Positions 61,568-64,000 of a stretch of 64,000 nt of DNA are shown here, piece after piece. The stretch spans positions 22,940,001 to 23,004,000 of the forward strand of contig NC_043020.1 in NCBI RefSeq assembly GCF_006345805.1, given 5' to 3'. Both the position numbers and the translations under genes were made by a program. This DNA comes from Octopus sinensis. Its lineage: Eukaryota. Below the pieces are notes generated by a model. It worked only from the letters and a program-made list of their open reading frames with translations, was not told the origin of the DNA and did no database searches. Each line of letters opens with the position of its first letter. Positions within the stretch are counted from its first letter, which is position 1.

Positions 61568-61708
61568 GCAATCAAACATGAGCTGATAGCATTCCTGCTG
61601 TGGGTGCTACAGAATCCTCTAGAAGCTACAGAAAACCCTGCTGCTACCAAAGCTCAGATTGTGAAAGCCCTGAAGTGTATGCAGAGAAGTCTATTGTATG
61701 GTGAACAG
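61568..61708 (+). CDS. DNAJC13: DNAJC13 exon ([11 protein letters not shown]...[25 protein letters not shown])
   Basis: tcaag| ... |gtaaga. Confidence 0.94.
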
Positions 61709-63078
61709 GTAAGATGGAACCCCTCTTCAGAATCCACAAACTATTTGTTGTGTAGATCCATATTAACCTTAATAGAACGGACCTGGGATTAAAGCCTTTC
61801 AGCCATGACCACCCTGTATTTTTTTTTTTATTAACAGTTGACTGGCTTCCGTGCCGGTGGCACGTAAAAAGCACCAACCGATTGTGGCCGTTGCCAGCCT
61901 ACTCTGGCCCCTGTGCCTGTGGCACGTGAAAAGCACCCACTACACTCATGGAGTGGTTGGCGTTAGGAAGGGCATCCAGCTGTAGAAACACTGTCAGATC
62001 ACACTGGAGCCTGGTGCAGCCTCCTGGCTTCCCAGACCCCAGTTGAACCATCCAACCCATGCTAGCATGGAAAACGTACATTAAACGATGATGATGAGTG
62101 GACTACATTATCCAGTCCTCCTTTAAACAAAAACAAAGATTTGAGGAATATTTGGCTGCTATTTCTAGCAAATCAAGTGGTTTATAGTTGTTGTTCTTCA
62201 GCTCCAGGTCAGCTCTGATTGAACAGAACAATGATCAAAAGCTAAAAGCTCCAGCCATGACCACTCATCATACTATTTTGTTTTTTTGGTAAAGGAACAA
62301 GAGGTAGGTTAAAGTGGGTACCAAGTTGTAAGGGGCCAAACTGTTAGCACCAGACTGTAAGTTTGGTTACTGTTTTGAGAATTCTTAACAAATTCTCTCC
62401 CTCCTCCCCACTTCTCCTGCTCCATTTACTTTCATTAAGTCATTTGAAAATGCTTGACATATAGTTGTAGGTGTGGCTGCATGGTAAGAAGTTTGCTTCT
62501 TATTCACATGGTTCTGGGTTCAGTCCCACTGTGTGGCACTTGTGCTTATAGTCTTAGGCTGACCAAATCCTTGTGAGTGGATTTGGTAGACGGAAACTGA
62601 AAGAAGCCCATTTTGTGTGTGTGTTTGTCATCATCATAATCATCCAGTGTTTTAAATCTGGGTTGTGTCCCCGTTAACAGGGATGGCCGGATCTACCTCA
62701 ATGCCATAGCAACTGAGGTAGGTAGGTGCAGCCCATTCCATCCTTTGAGCTAGCACTCCAGTCATGACCACTCATCATATTTTTTTTTTTGGTAAAGGAA
62801 TGAAAGTTAGGTTAAAGTATGTATGTGTTTGTCCCCCGCCCCTCCCACTATCACTTGATAACCAGTGTTGGTGTGTTTATGTACCTCCCTCTGACTTAGC
62901 AGTTCATCAAAGGTGGCCTGTAAAATAAGTACTGCACTTAGAACAAAAACAAAAGTCCTGGGGGAATGTTTATTTGATTAAAATCTCTTAAAGGTGGTGC
63001 CCCAGCATGGCCACAGTCTGATGACTGTTACAAGTAAAAGTTAGAAGATATTTCATACATATCCATTTTGCCTTCCAG

Positions 63079-63178
63079 GTGACGTCAATTTTAGATAAAT
63101 CGACTGTTTGGAAAGAATACAAGGACCAAAAACACGATCTTTTCATATCAGACGCCAACATATCGGGGTATCTAACAG
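63079..63178 (+). CDS. DNAJC13: DNAJC13 exon (VTSILDKSTVWKEYKDQKHDLFISDANISGYLT); terminal exon lies beyond the window
   Basis: tccag| ... |gtaaga. Confidence 0.96.
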
Positions 63179-64000
63179 GTAAGAACTCTTTCTTTCTTTG
63201 CACGACATCTGTTGCTTGTATTAGAATATGGTGAATATAGTAGAATGTCAGACTGTAGTTACTCTGTATGAATTAGCTCTGTATTGGGTCAGGTCAAACC
63301 AGTTCTTTCATGGTTGAACCTTTGGTGAGTAAATTGGCAGCATCACTTAAGGGGTCTAGTCTGATGTGTGGTACTTGGATGCTTACCCTGTCAAAGACAG
63401 ACAAACAAAAATAAAGGTTAGACAAACAGTTTGGATCTTCAGGTAAGTTGCAGCTTGCTTGAAGATCCTGTGCACTCACAGGTGAAACTCAGTGTAGTAC
63501 TGGCACTCTGTCTGTTACGACAATGGGTGTTCCAGTCGGTCTGGTCAGCGGAACAGCCTACTCATGAAGTTAGAGTGAAAGTGGCTGAGCCCCTCACAGA
63601 CACACATGTCCTTATCGTAGCTCTCAGGTTGATTCAGAGTGATGCAGAATGTGACAAGGCTGACCTTTTGAAATACAGCTATTATTCATTTTTACCAGCT
63701 GAGTTAATGGAACAGTGTGGAATAAGATGTCTTGCTTAAAAACACAACATACTGTTGAATGCACAATCTAGGGTTGTTTTTATGGAAGACCAGCAGTTGC
63801 CCATGCATACCAGCTTTCCCTCTCTGCACCACCGATGATATCCAAGGGAAAAGGCAAAGGCCTATACAGCTTGGCATCAGTGACATTGCAACTCATTTCT
63901 ACAGCTGAGAGAATGTGAAATAAAGTGTCTTGCTCAAGAACACAACACGCAGCCCGGTCCGGGAATTGAACTCACAACCTCACGATTGTAAGGTCATGGC

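Larger units (their letters stand above)
805..63178 (+). other. DNAJC13: DNAJC13/RME-8 gene span (partial; 37 coding exons in window)
   Basis: Spliced exons give one open frame of about 1607 aa, collinear with recalled human DNAJC13 from EGD..MQ.LAL.EGALP.HLHTAMF to KDQKHDLFIS...GYLT; all introns GT-AG with matching phases. Confidence 0.97.

Noticed and set aside
62690-62735. tgaggtag hairpin resembling let-7
   Set aside because: Only the first 8 nt match, it is on the 3' arm, and there is no pre-miRNA-length stem.
120-63886. Most ORFs in the six-frame track (poly-HT, poly-YI, poly-D, poly-F, poly-L)
   Set aside because: They are translations of microsatellites or SINE bodies with no coding signature.

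Overview
Eukaryotic genomic DNA. The SINE and microsatellite repertoire points to an octopus or other coleoid cephalopod (inference). The whole window lies inside one large + strand gene, DNAJC13/RME-8. I traced 37 consecutive coding exons by hand (805-63178). All have GT-AG borders and consistent phases, giving 4822 nt or about 1607 aa, with four IWN repeats, the GYF_2-like segment and the HPD J-domain. The 5' exons and the last exon lie outside the window. The introns hold tRNA-derived SINEs, LINE ends (RTE, CR1, R4-Dong, HERO), MITEs, a non-autonomous Helitron, Penelope-like element (PLE) remnants and microsatellites. The main unexplained signal is about 10 minimal hammerhead-ribozyme motifs of the PLE type on both strands. 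These include a 209-bp palindrome carrying two opposed copies and several non-canonical cores. Other notable signals: a candidate regulated cassette exon, two decayed partial exon duplications, a composite triple hAT MITE, and a TSD-bounded RTE-derived element with an HDV-like 5' fold. Homology calls rest on recalled sequences and motifs, not database searches. Repeat boundaries are approximate.
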